DNA of 64,000 nt from Octopus vulgaris (lineage: Eukaryota), in NCBI GenBank assembly GCA_951406725.2, contig OX597817.1, positions 25,978,001 through 26,042,000 of the forward strand. The letters run 5' to 3'. The notes beneath the pieces were generated by a model. It was not told the DNA's origin. It did not search any database and saw only the letters and a list, made by a program, of their open reading frames with translations. Positions 50,135 through 62,599 of the stretch are shown here, one piece after another. A program made the position numbers and the translations under genes. How positions within the stretch are numbered: the stretch's first letter is position 1; each line of letters opens with the position of its first letter.

Positions 50135-50356
50135 AAGTTAATCCAAACATGAGAACACAAAAAGAAAATACAACAACGCGAGGATGTGGAACAAGTATGT
50201 TGTTATTGGACACTCAGGAAAGGAAAGAAAGAAGGAGGATTTAACGTTTCGAACACAGTTCTTTGTCAGAAACATAGGAAAAGGAAAGATCTAAGAATGG
50301 GAAGACGGGAGAAAAAAAAATCGCCAATGATACACACTCGGTCACATATTGAATGA
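50135..50356 (-). mobile_element. Penelope-like fragment between (TA)n tracts, with a decayed hammerhead at 50240-50272
   Basis: ttt CTGACAA a GAAC-tgt-GTTC GAAA cg tt aaa; same architecture as the 42882 motif. Confidence 0.6.
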
Positions 50357-50371
50357 TATATATATATATAT

Positions 50372-50552
50372 GTAATTTACAAATTATAATGGTTATTGAC
50401 AATTTTTGTCTTTTTTTTCGGCATATTTGGCATTAGAATTTTTCTTTTGCCCTTATTTTGTAAATTATTTATGAATTTAACCTTTAAAGGTATATTTTGA
50501 TATGCAGGCCATTGATAAAAAATTTTTTCCGAAAAAAATTTCATCCTACATT
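50372..50552. mobile_element. Single-arm homolog of the 25488 foldback element
   Basis: Shared GCATATTTGGCATTAGAATTT..GGCCATTGATAAAA. Confidence 0.7.
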
Positions 50553-50567
50553 AGTTATATATATATA

Positions 50568-51209
50568 TCATGAGTGATGATACCTCTTTCCAAGTGCACA
50601 TTACCAGGATGGCGACAAAGTGCAGACGACTGGCTGGGTGGATCCTAAGAACATTCAGAACCAGAGATAAGGAAACCATGATGGTCCTCTGGCGGACATT
50701 CATCCTCAGCCGCCTGGATTACTGCTCACAGCTATGGTCACCCACAAGTGTAAAATTAACAGCAGACCTTGAAGCAATCCAGAGATTGCAGTAATATATG
50801 TCTGGAAGATCCAGGAAGGAATTGTGCCAAATTTTGGCATTGTAAGCTACACCAATGCTAGAACGGAACAACACTGCATAGTGCCAAAGATCCCAGCAAT
50901 GCCATCATGCTTCAGGACCAGCTTCTGCAACAGCCTGGGTTTCAAGGGCCCACAGCTTTTTAATATTCTCCCAAAGAGTCTGAGGAACTTGCACAAAGTA
51001 GATGTAGCGGTTTTTAAATCAAAGCTGGACATCTTCCTGTCAAGAGGCCCAGATGAACTTACTTCATGGCAAGAGGTACAAATGAGAGTAGCTATGTCAA
51101 ACTCCATTCTTCACCAGGTGCCACATATTAGATGAGGTTTGTTGTAATAACAGTGTAGCACAAAACGGCGGTGCATCAGCATGGCTGCAATTCTGAGCTG
51201 AAACTAGAA

Positions 51210-51210
<1 letters not shown>
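50568..51210 (+). mobile_element. CR1-group LINE 3' portion (ORF2 C-terminus with apparent internal deletion, plus 3' UTR)
   Basis: ILRTFRTRDKETMMVLWRTFILSRLDYCSQLWSP..LEAIQR and GPQLFNILP..FKSKLDIFL; 3' UTR GGCGGTGCATCAGCATGGCTGC..GAGCTGAAAC. Confidence 0.85.
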
Positions 51211-51240
<30 letters not shown>

Positions 51241-51900
51241 TGACTACAGAAACTAAGAAAAATTGGTCACCTTAGAAATGGTGTAAACAATTTATTAGCA
51301 GTGTAAATACACCTACATAAGTGTATAAGGTTCTTAACTGAATTTAAATATGACTATAATAAAAAAAAAATATCCATACCAACAAATCATAGATATAAAT
51401 TTCTATATGGATATATACTATATAATATGCTTAATAACTATGTAGTTAGTCTTGCTAGTTTCCACAGTTTTATTAGAAATATCTTTTTGTTTGATTGTCT
51501 GCTTTCATATCTCAGAAACCTCTAATATGTTGTCAAAGATTAATGAGTACGATGGAAAATTGGTTGTTACTTATTCGGCAAAGTTTTTTTTTTTTCTACT
51601 TATTTATAAAGAAAATCTCAGTAAAAGATGAAAGTAGTAACTCTACTGACAAGCAGTGTTAATTGCCACATCAATATGGCTGATTGATGTTACTACCATT
51701 TTAACCCCAAGCAGACCTTCCACTAGCTGTTTATATCTGCACCCTGCACCCTGTATCTATTGCAAGCAGGAGAGCGAACCCTTACAATCCTCTAGCAGAT
51801 GAGAGGATCCTGAAACCAAATCGGTTTCGGACTATTTGTGCCTATCTTCAGTTGGGAAGACCCCACCACCAGAGATATAGCAGGAGTCCATGCTCGCAAT

Positions 51901-51957
<57 letters not shown>

Positions 51958-52180
51958 GTTTAACGTCCACTTTCAATGCTAGCATGGGTTGGACGATTCT
52001 GACTGAGGGCTGGTGAACCAGATGGCTGCACCAGGCTCCAATCTTGATTTGGCAGTTTCTACAGCCGGATGCCCTTCCTAACGCCAACCACTCCAAGAGT
52101 GTAGTGGGTGCTTTTTACGTGCCACCGGCACGGAGGGGGGGAAGTCAGGCGGTACTGGCAACAACCTCGCTCGCTCGAAT
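51901..52180 (-). mobile_element. RTE LINE 3'-end copy (family B)
   Basis: (CAT)n tail, conserved block, one perfect unit at 52107-52132. Confidence 0.85.
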
Positions 52181-52303
52181 CAGAAATATATAGAAAACAA
52201 ATCGACCATCAGTCACTGAGCTTTCAACAAGCAAAGTAACTAGTTAGAAAATCTTAATAAGAGATGAAAATGTTAACTACGTAATGTTAATAATCTAGTA
52301 ATG

Positions 52304-52440
52304 TTAATCACCACATCAATATCGCTGCCCTGCTTGCAATATAAACAGGGTGCAGGTTACACTTATAGCCAGTTGGCGGAATATCTGACTGGGGTTAAAA
52401 TGGTAGTAACTGCAAACATCCATACTGATGTGGTGATTAA
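52304..52440. mobile_element. Small MITE with ~19-bp TIRs; inverted partial copy at 51659-51777
   Basis: TTAATCACCACATCAATAT ... ATACTGATGTGGTGATTAA. Confidence 0.65.
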
Positions 52441-52753
52441 AATTACTTATTTATTTATTCATTTTCAGAAAGTTACTTTGATATTAGACATATGAGATAA
52501 AGCCCCTAAATGTGAATAACTTGATGGCTGTCTGTCATAAATGAATAATCTAAATAATTATAATGCTAAGTTCAATTCCAGTGGTGAGTAGAATGCCTAT
52601 TGCTTAAGCCTCTTCCTCTTCAACTAAGAGTGGAATAAAGTGAAGGTGCTGGTGGCAAAAGACACTATTAACCAATCTTATAATGTCTTTATCAATACAT
52701 AAATTTGATCTACTCAAAATATTATATGTTGGGTAAAAACAAAATTAATAGAT

Positions 52754-53125
52754 AGGCGCAGGAGTGGCTGTGTGGTAAGTAGCTTGCTAACCAACCACAT
52801 GGTTCCGGGTTCAGTCCCACTGCGTGGCATCTCGGGCAAGTGTCTTCTGCTATAGCCCCGGGCCGACCAATGCCTTGTGAGTGGATTTGGTAGACGGAAA
52901 CTGAAAGAAGCCTGTCATATATATGTATATATATGTGTGTGTGTTTGTCCCCCTAGCATTGCTTGACAACCGATGCTGGTGTGTTTACGTCACCGTCACT
53001 TAGCGGTTCGGCAAAAGAGATCGATAGAATAAGTCCCGGGGTTGATTTGCTCGACTAAAGGCGGTGCTCCAGCATGGCCGCAGTCAAATGACTGAAAAAA
53101 GTAAAAGAGTAAAAGAGTAAAAGAG
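52754..53125 (+). mobile_element. SINE family A, near full length
   Basis: Family A blocks with a small internal deletion. Confidence 0.9.
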
Positions 53126-53150
53126 ATATAAATATATAATTAAATATCAA

Positions 53151-53634
53151 CATCACCATCATCATCATCGTTTAACATTTGCTTTCCTTGCTGGCATGGG
53201 TTGGATGATTTGACTGAAGACTGGTGAACCAGATGGCTGCACCAGCCTCCAATCTGATCTGGCAGAGTTCCTACAGCTGGATGCCCTTCCTAATGCCAAC
53301 TACTCAGAGTGTAGTGGGTGCTTTTATTTTCCACCGGTTCGAGGGCCAGTCAGGTGGTACTGGCAACTGCCATGCTCAAATGGTGCTTTTTACGTGCCAC
53401 CTGCACAGGAGCGAGTCCAGTGGCACTGGCAACAAACCTTGCTCAAATGTTTTTTTCTCGTGCCACCAACACAAGTGTCAGTAAGTCGATGCTGGTGCTT
53501 TTTACATGCCACCGGCATGGAAGCCATTCAGCTGCTCTGGCAACGATCACGCTTGGATGGTGCTCTTTGCATCCCACTAGCACAGATGCCAGTCATCGAA
53601 TTTGATTTCGATTTCCTCAATATTTGCTCGCAAT

Positions 53635-53690
<56 letters not shown>

Positions 53691-53800
53691 TTGATTTCGA
53701 TTTCGATTGCCTCAATAGGTCTTCACAAGCAGAGTTTAGTGTCCAATGAAGGAAAGGTATGCATAAGTGGGCTGGTTACACCCTTGGCATAGGCCATGAG
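53151..53800 (-). mobile_element. RTE LINE 3'-end copy (family B), long and interrupted
   Basis: Tail, conserved block, about 5 units; continues past a (CAT)n insert at 53615-53690. Confidence 0.8.
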
Positions 53801-54047
53801 GTTACTTGCTTTTCTTTATTTTGATGGACAACATAGTTGTTGAAGAGTGATTGACATCAGAAGTTCTAAATTCTCTAAAACAAAATATATTTGACAATAA
53901 CTGGTACCAAGGAATTTAATGAATTATTTAAATATATAAAACATTTTTTATTGTAATTATTTTTTTTTTCAAAGAAACAAACCAATACCATAAACTGAAA
54001 AATGATGATGACAATGATGATTATGATGAAATAATACTAAAAATGAA

Positions 54048-54095
<48 letters not shown>

Positions 54096-54114
54096 GATAA
54101 TAATAATGATGATG

Positions 54115-54163
<49 letters not shown>

Positions 54164-54200
54164 TGATGATGATGATGATGATGATGATAATAATGATAAT
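54048..54200. repeat. Compound (ACT)/(AAT)/(GAT) microsatellite
   Basis: Directly visible. Confidence 0.95.
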
Positions 54201-54647
54201 AGAGATAATAGAAAAAGAGATAAAACAAGAAAAAGAGGGACATTCCAAATGTTTGTTATTCTTAACGTATTTCCATTGGCTCACTGAAGTGAAAAAAAAT
54301 TTTTGTCATTTTTTGTTGCTTTATTTAAAGATTGATAAGATATCCAGCAAATAATTCCAACAAATATTTGATTTTTATCTGAAAAGGAAAAAAACAAAAA
54401 CAAAAGAAAAATATTGCTATTCATGAATACACCTAAGAGTCCCTCCATTGTGACAACTTTACATTGTCAAAGACACAAATAAAGGGGAAAAAAATGGTTT
54501 CTGTTGCCATTTAAAAAAAAATTTTGCATCTCATAAAATAACAAATGGAAACAATTTGCAGTCAGGACAAAGGTTTACACCTCTATGACAAGATTCGTTA
54601 GCTTTACTGCAGATATTTATCATCAAATTCATTTTAATGTTATGAAT

Positions 54648-55044
54648 AGGCATAGAAGTGGCTGTGTAGTAAGTAGCTTGCTTACCAACTGTATGATTCC
54701 AGGTTCAGTCCCACTGCATGGCACCTTGGGCAAGTGTCTTCTACTGCGGCCTCAGGCCGACCAAAGCCTTGTGAGTGGATTTGGTAGACGGAAACTGAAA
54801 GAAGCCCATCATATATATGTATGTGTGTGTGTGTGTTTGTGTGTCTGTGTTTGTCCCCCCACCACCAACATCGCTTGACAACCGGTACTGGTGTGTTTAC
54901 ATCCCTGTAACTTAGTGGTCCAACAAAAGAGATCGATAAAATAAGTACTAGGCTTACAAAGAATAAGTCCTGGGGTCAGTTTGCTCAACTAAAGGCGGTG
55001 CTCCAGCATGGCCACAGTCAAATGACTGAAACAAGTAGAAGAAT
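54648..55044 (+). mobile_element. SINE family A, full length
   Basis: All family A blocks present. Confidence 0.9.
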
Positions 55045-55622
55045 ATGAAAAAAATTACAGATCAACAGAAATGATGGGGCTTTAAAATAATTATCCTATG
55101 ATAAATTTGATATACCCAATACCATTGTTACTTTAAATCCTGTCTCACTTTTGCTAGTTTGAAATCAGATGAACTGGCAATGAGTCCAATTTTATCTGCT
55201 GCCCTGCCTGAGTGTTCAAGAGTTTTTCATCTTAACATTGAGTTCTCTGATAGGATTCCATCCCAATGAATGTTATCTTGGCAAAAGGGCTTCACACTAT
55301 AGCTTCAGATTGACAAAAAACATTGTAAGTTAAACTGGCCAGACAGAAACTGTATCAAAACGTGTTGGATTGACTGTACCAGTAATTAAACAAGCTAGCT
55401 ATGTCACACACTCAGCATATGGATTATTTTAAGGAAAGGGACTCTTTAGGATTACTCAGTCTCTTATGCACTAACACAATGAGCAGTAATTAGTTTCATT
55501 AGACAAAATGGAATACTTACAATTGAGACTGACAGGGGATAAAATTGCTTTTACTGTTTCATAGAAATGTATGTATTTCTCCAGATGTGAAACAACATTA
55601 TTATGCTTGCTTGAATATAATA

Positions 55623-55890
55623 GTGGAGGCACATGGCTTAGTGGTTAGGGTGTCAGCACCATGATCATAAGATTGTGGTTTCGATTCCTGGACCAGGCAA
55701 CGCGTTGTGTTCTTGAGAAAAACACTTCATTTCACGTTGCTCCAGTCCATTCAGCTGGCAAAAATGAGTAACAGTGTGATGGACTGGCGTCCCATCCAGC
55801 TGGGGAGCACATACGCCATAGAAACCGGGTAACCAGGCCCATGAGCCTGGCTAGGCTTTAAAAAAGTGCATGTATTTATTTTTTTTATTT
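55623..55890 (+). mobile_element. SINE family D
   Basis: Homologous to the 4349 copy; 12-bp TSD TTGAATATAATA. Confidence 0.85.
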
Positions 55891-56329
55891 TTGAATATAA
55901 TAATATATCATTTTAACATAGTTCCGAAGTTCTGCTAAGCCAAAATTTACAGCAAAATCTGGAACTCAGGTAACTTTAGCGGAGTTCACACAACTGCATG
56001 ATTTCAGACCCAAATTTTCTTTATCTTTAATGTTGGAGGTGAGAAGGTAGGGCAGTACAGAAGATCGTAGCAGACTCTCCAATTCTGATATGGTTGGTAC
56101 TCTGAGTATCTCTAAGTTTACTAACTGCAGGAAGAATTTTGGCGAGCATCAACATTAAGAGCATTGATATTCTAAAGCAAAATAACTTTTAAAAAGTGAT
56201 TAGTTCTGGCCCTAGTAGATATGGAGAGGGTACACAGTGGATGAAGATAAGAAGAAAAAATTGGTGTATCATTTAAATCTGGGTATAAACAAAATGTAAT
56301 TACTCAAGGCATAAAATCAGTAGCCATGG

Positions 56330-56530
56330 TTGTGACCCCCTTCGGTCATGAATGATCATGTGATTGCACCTAGAAAGTTACCCTCCGAGGCACATGTCTG
56401 GGCAACGTTGTTTATGGAAGACCAACAGTCACCCATGCATATCAGCCTCCCCTCTCCATGCCACCGATGTTATCCAAGGGAAAGGCAAAGGCTGATTACA
56501 GCTTGGCACCAGTGACGTCGCAGCTCATTT
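56330..56530. mobile_element. Probable RTE-related interspersed repeat fragment
   Basis: GCCTCCCCTCTCCATGCCACCGATGTTATCCAAGGG..CAGCTTGGCACCAGTGACGTCGCAG resembles RTE 5'-region sequence (from memory, unverified). Confidence 0.4.
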
Positions 56531-58257
56531 ATTAACATGCAAGTGGCTGAGCACTCTACAGACACATTTACCCTTAATGTAGTTCTTGGGGAGATTCAGC
56601 GTGATACAGAGTGCGACAAGGCTGGCCAAGAGTGTGACAAAGTAGCCATGGTAGTAGCTTTATAAAATACACCGAGGAAAGAAAATCCGTGATAAATACA
56701 TGTATATCACAACCTTCATGCCCTCCATCCTCAAAGTAAACACAAAAATGTTGATTAGCGACTAACAGATACAAATCAAATAATAAATACCAATTTATCA
56801 CATTGTGAATGAGTTAATATAATACTGATTGATTCATTGATAATGTTACACTCATATTTGATACTTAGTTATGAAAGTCAGACCACCTGTATGCTTGATA
56901 ACTTCGATGTATATTATGCTATGCATTATACATAACCTGTCAGTATTAAAGATGTAAATTCTAATTGTCTCATAAATATTAGAAGACTATCTTGGCATTC
57001 CGATTAGATTTCATTGTGATATTTGTACTCGATCTTCTCACCCTTTGATGAGAATGTAATGCCAGACAGATGTGCACACGCACACATTATATTCATATTA
57101 TATATGTGCATGTATATATATATAAACGTGTGTGTGTAACTAAGGTGATGTTTACATCTGTTCCAGGAGAGATGCAAGTGAAACCAATTAACAGTAGATG
57201 CATTTGTGTAGCTTAGCATCTCTGTATCCAAAGATTCTGAAATAAATTTAAGGAATTAGAAGGCTTCAAGCTCCATTTGAATTTCTGGAGAATCAAGTCT
57301 GGTCAGACAGGGACGTGAAACTGTTCACCAAAGTTTGCACCTGAGATGTCATTTTTAAACAAATCCCTCTGGTAGGCATTTGAGATGTGTAGTCTGCATC
57401 AATAGTAAGTAAAAACACCAGAAGTTGTCAGAGCATATATTAAACATCAGTTAGATATTTTTAATGCATGAAAAGGAAATGGTAGAAGAAGCAAGCTATC
57501 TAAATATAAAAATTCATCTCATCAAGTAACATATGCAATAGGTTGGTCATGTCACCCATCTTGATGATATCAGCCCTTTGGAGTTTTTATGTTACTGAGA
57601 ATTAATTCTTGATAAGTGTCCCCAGCACAAGTCCTTGAACACTAGCAGTCTTCATTGGGAATAACTTGCACAGGAAACACTTGAATAGCGATCTATGGCT
57701 AAGAAGAATAATCTATAGGTTGAGAAATTTCTAATTGCCCATCAAATGGTGAAATGTAATGCTTGAAAAGTGCAAGATGTTGAAGTTCTACTTGATAAAG
57801 GATTCAAAGATAATCATGATTGCACAGTTCTCAATTGCTTTACAATTTTAAAAGCAGGTTATGTCATCCATGTAAAGTCACATACCAGGAGATCAACACA
57901 GGATACTTATACACATATAACTTTATCAGCTGCAACGGAGCATTGCTGTCCTTTGTGTTTAAAGGTGTGATCATCTTCAACTGGGCTGAAAATTACAAGG
58001 GTGAAGCTGTTGTCGGTATGATTCTTGATTAAGTTAAGTGCTACATTTGTTGCAAAAAGTTTCAAACGCGGAGGCAGGTAATTATATGAAGGTTAATGTC
58101 AGGAAATGACATTAAGCTTGTTAGTGATAGATGACTATGATGAGATGGTAGTTATGCTGAAAATTAAGTTGATGACCACTATAAGTGCGTGTGTGTGTGT
58201 GTGTGCTTGCGTGTTTTCCTGTGTGTATGTACCTGTTTTTGTTTTTTTTGTTTTTGT

Positions 58258-58468
58258 TTTTCCAGTTTCAGCTCTTGAGCTGTGGCCATGCTGGGGCACC
58301 GCCATTGTGGTGAAAGAGTACAGCAGGGATCACCACCCCCTGCCGGAGCCTCGTAGAGCTTTTAGGTGTTTTCGCTCAATAAACACACACAACGCCCGGT
58401 CTGAGAATCGAAACCGCGATCCTGCGACCGCGAGTCCGCTGCCCTAACCACTAGGCCATTGCGCCTCT
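58258..58468 (-). mobile_element. SINE family C head joined to a CR1-group LINE 3' tail
   Basis: TGGCCTAGTGGTTAGGGCAGCGGACTCGCGG head; ends GGCGGTGCCCCAGCATGGCCACAGCTCAAGAGCTGAAAC. Confidence 0.75.
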
Positions 58469-58622
58469 ACATGTGTGTACATGTATGAAATGACATTTGC
58501 CATAGTACTATCACTTAAAATCTTGTTGCAACTTTGGAATGCAAAGCTTACTTCTTGCTGAATTCCATGTTACGATTTGAGATATATTCTGCAAAATTTA
58601 TGTAAATACAGAAACAGAGATA

Positions 58623-58883
58623 TACTCTTTTACTCTTTTGCTCTTTTACTTGTTTCAGTCATTTGACTGTGGCCATGCTGGAGCACCACCTTTTAGTCGA
58701 GCAAATCGACCCCAGGACTTATTCTTTGTAAGCCTTGTACTTATTCTATTGGTCTCTTTTGCCAAACCACTAAGTTACGGGGATGTAAACACACCAGCAT
58801 CGGTTGTCAAGTGATGTTGGGGGGACAAACACAGACACACAAACATATACACACACATACATACATACATACATACATACATT

Positions 58884-58929
<46 letters not shown>

Positions 58930-59091
58930 ATGGGCTTTTTTCAGTTTCTGTCTACCAAATCCACTCATATGGTTTTGGTCAGCCCGAGGCTATAGTAGAA
59001 GACACTCGCTCAAGGTGCCATGCAGTGGGACTTAACCCAGAACCATGTGGTTGGTAAGCAAGCTACTTACCACACAGCCACTCCTATGCCT
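58623..59091 (-). mobile_element. SINE family A, full length
   Basis: All family A blocks present. Confidence 0.9.
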
Positions 59092-59138
59092 ATGACTATG
59101 TATATAGATGAAAATAATGTATAAATAGAGATAGTACA

Positions 59139-59460
59139 ATAGAAAGAACCTGTGGAAAAGATAGAATCAAGAAGATATGGGATGAGGTGGTGAAGCATGA
59201 TCTTTGAATGTTGGGCCTCACGGAAGCAATGGCAAGTGACTAAGAACTTTGGAAATATGCCATGCAGGAGAAAACTCGTCAAGCTATGTGAAATCGTAGT
59301 CTTCACAGATGCCAGTGCTGCTTAATTGGTATGTAAAACGCACCCTTCGAATGTTGGGCTATATGCTGTGATTGAGATCTGTCAAACCAAGTGAAATCAT
59401 AGTTGGGGTCAATGCCAGTGCCATGAGACTGGCACACATGCCGGTCACATGTAAAAAGCG
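59139..59460 (+). mobile_element. RTE LINE ORF end running into family B-type repeat units
   Basis: TCGKDRIKKIWDEVVKHDL*MLGLTEAMASD*ELWKYAMQEKTRQAM* (decayed GRPxxxW..D..W RTE C-terminus), followed by CATGCCGGTCACATGTAAAAAGC. Confidence 0.7.
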
Positions 59461-59469
59461 CTGTTCTTC

Positions 59470-59745
59470 ACCAACTATTCTGCCTATATGTTTGTGAACA
59501 CCTTTCAATTCAATATATGCCAGAAACGTCTGCAAACCTAATGGAGGCCTCAAAAGACATTTGAAGATCCACAAAAACCAGAATTTAACTGCAACTCTTG
59601 GTGGTCCAAATCAGATATGCAATCTATGTGGGTGTCTTTTCAAAACATTGTCTGGTTTAAAAAGTCTCATCAGATGCCATGATGGTGCTATGGTGCAGGT
59701 ACAGGAGGCGGTCAAAAACTGCACAAGGAGTACACAACCACCATG
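59470..59745 (+). mobile_element. RTE-type LINE 3' end with two decayed C2H2 zinc fingers and an (ATGT)n tail
   Basis: VCKPNGGLKRHLKIH and CNLCGCLFKTLSGLKSLIRCH immediately before a tetranucleotide tail. Confidence 0.6.
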
Positions 59746-59975
59746 TATGTATGTATGTATGTATGTATGTATGTATGTATGTATGAATGTGTGTATGTAT
59801 GAATGTGTGTATGTGTGTATGTGTGTATGTATGCATGTATGCATGTATGTATGTATGTATGAATGTGTGTATGTATGAATGTGTGTATGTGTGTATGTGT
59901 GTATGTATGTATGTATGTATGTATGTATGTATGTATGTATGTATGTATGAATGTGTGTATGAATGCATGTGTGTA
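59743..59975. repeat. (ATGT)n microsatellite
   Basis: Directly visible. Confidence 0.95.
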
Positions 59976-60248
59976 TGCACATGTCTTTGTGTGTGGGGTG
60001 GTGTGTCTGTGTGCGTGCATGTGTGTGCACACTTGCATGAATGTATATATATACAAATAGCTTTGAATGAAGAGGCACAATGAGGTCCTGAAAACTGGAC
60101 ATCAAACAAACTCTTCTTATGTCAATGAATCAGATGTGCTGTTTGCTAATAAGCATTCATGGGGTCAGGTGTTGTAAGTTTAAAGGTGAAACATACAATA
60201 GTAATTAACATATTCACATTCAAATTTACTGTAATATATTAAGAAGGA

Positions 60249-60432
60249 ATCATCATCATCATCATCATCATCATCACTATCATTTAACATTTGTTGTTCA
60301 TGCTGGCATGGGTTGGATGCAGCTGAAGAGCTGCACCAGACTCCAGCCTGGTTTGGCATGGTTTCTATGGCTGGATGCCCTTCCTAACACCAACCACATT
60401 ACAGAGTGTGCTGGGTGTTTTTACATGGCACC
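60249..60432 (-). mobile_element. Family B 3'-end copy, degenerate
   Basis: (CAT)n and GCTGGATGCCCTTCCTAACACCAACC. Confidence 0.75.
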
Positions 60433-60460
60433 ACAATAAACATTATTGTTTCATTATCAA

Positions 60461-60670
60461 AGGCACTGAGCTGGCAAACTTATTACCATGCTGGACAAAA
60501 TGCTTATCGGTATTTCACCTGTCGCTATTTTCTGAGTTCAAATTCCACTGAGGTCAACTTTGCCTTTCGTCCTTCCCGGGTCAATAAATTAAGTACCAGT
60601 GAAACACTGGGGTTGATTTTATTAACTAGTCCCCTCCTCAACAATTTCAGGTCTTGTGCATGTAGAGATG
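60461..60670 (+). mobile_element. SINE family E with 19-bp TSD
   Basis: ATTATTGTTTCATTATCAA at 60442-60460 and 60671-60689. Confidence 0.85.
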
Positions 60671-61312
60671 ATTATTGTTTCATTATCAATATTTTATGCA
60701 CACATGATAACATCACACTTCATTTCTGTTGCTCCATTCCACTATGGTCTAAAAATGGTTAGTCCTGCTATGGACTATCACCCCAGTGAAGGTGAGTTTT
60801 GGTCTGTCTGTCTAACCATTGGGGTAGCAGAATTCAAAGTATAGAGCAATCTGTGAAAGAACATTGTGGCCAGTAGTATATAACAACATTTGACAGTCTG
60901 GATAATACAGTAATACATATCCATACGTTAGTGTGTATGTGCTTATATGTCAATATCAGATGTCATACACATCATATGCTAGTTGTAACCCAGTATGACC
61001 TTCATATATTCAGTATCATTTATTTGCAATCTTCAATGGAAATATATCTAGGTGTAGGAAAATAGTATCTTGCTTGGAAACATGAAGGATATCAACCAGA
61101 AGCACATCTGTTTATAGATCTGCCTCAACAAATTTTGTGTTACCCATGTAAACATGAAAATGTAGATGTTAAAATAATGGCAATTAAAATGAGGACGATA
61201 ATGGTAATGCTAGTAATGGTGGTGGTGATGATGATGATGATAATGATGGTGACAATGGTCACAGTGATGATGAAGAAGGAATATATCTTTATATACATAC
61301 ATGCATACATAC

Positions 61313-61357
<45 letters not shown>

Positions 61358-61542
61358 CATGTATGTACACATATATTTATTCTGTATGTATATATATATA
61401 TATATATGTGTATGGTTCTTGGGATTTTAGAAGGTTTCTACTGAATTAGCAATGTCATCATTGAAATGGAAAATTGATAACTTGCAAAATATTCAGTTTT
61501 CCTGACTTTTCCATTAGCTATTGCATTTTGTTGCATGTAAAA

Positions 61543-61591
<49 letters not shown>

Positions 61592-62380
61592 GTATGTATA
61601 TATAATGTTGTTGACAGGGCTATTAGAGAAAAGAAACAGGTTTGGAAGGACTGGAAGAATGGTGGTAGCAGGGAATTGTATCAGACTGCCAGATATAACT
61701 AAACATGTTCACTCAAATGTGCTGGTCTTTTTAGGTGCAAAAATATACTGTCACGTGACACTAACACATGAACGTAGCGGGGGGATGAAAGCGTACAAAA
61801 GGTTATGAACTTAATCAAGTGTTCATTCTCTATAAACACTTGACAGAAAACTTTCAAAGCATTGATTGTTTGGACAAGTTCAGTCATTTACAACGCCAAA
61901 CATTGTCACTTGATACTAACATAAGAATGTAGCAGGGAACCTACTAAGATTTCTAAGACCAGTTATATAACTATCCTCTACCAATCAAATCCTATACGAA
62001 ACATATACTTATTTGAGCCATGAACTCCCTATAAAAATAGGACAACTTCAAACACTAGGCAGAAGCAAGACAGCTGTGACATAAGCCACGTCTTTCTACT
62101 TGAACTTTTTGAAAATCAATGTAGACTGTGAAACCGGTTAAAGCTTTAAATATATTAATAAAAAATATTTTAACTATTCTCAGTGCATTTTCAACTTATA
62201 TTTTCCCTATATTTCCACCCGTGTGGAATAAAATCACTTTGTTTTCTCTATATATATACACATGCAGATATGCATACTTCGTTTTTTGTCTGGTTTGCTA
62301 GATTGTTTATGTGAATTCGTGTGTATTGAAGCAAATTGTATTGTGTCTGAGAAGTGTCATATTGTCTTAATGCTCTATTA

Positions 62381-62599
62381 CAATGCTTTTCAAACTTTTT
62401 GCTGAAGCGGAACCCCAAGGAAACGTTCCACTGGCTCGAGGAACCCCTGTGCAATAATTTAATTGTCTTATGCACACATATCTGCACAGGAGAATTAAAA
62501 ATTACTGTCGATTTTAGTATTTTTGTAACTTCTTGCAGAACCCCTGGACTGTGCTGGCGGAAACCTAAGGTTCCGCGGAACCCTGGTTGGAAACCACTG
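62381..62599. mobile_element. hAT-superfamily MITE
   Basis: TIRs CAATGCTTTTCAAAC / GTTGGAAACCACTG; perfect 8-bp TSD CTCTATTA; subterminal GGAACCC repeats. Confidence 0.9.

Noticed and set aside
59561-59745. C2H2 zinc-finger host gene
   Set aside because: No TGEKP linkers, decayed ligands and a frameshift; it directly precedes an (ATGT)n tail, which fits a LINE C-terminus better.
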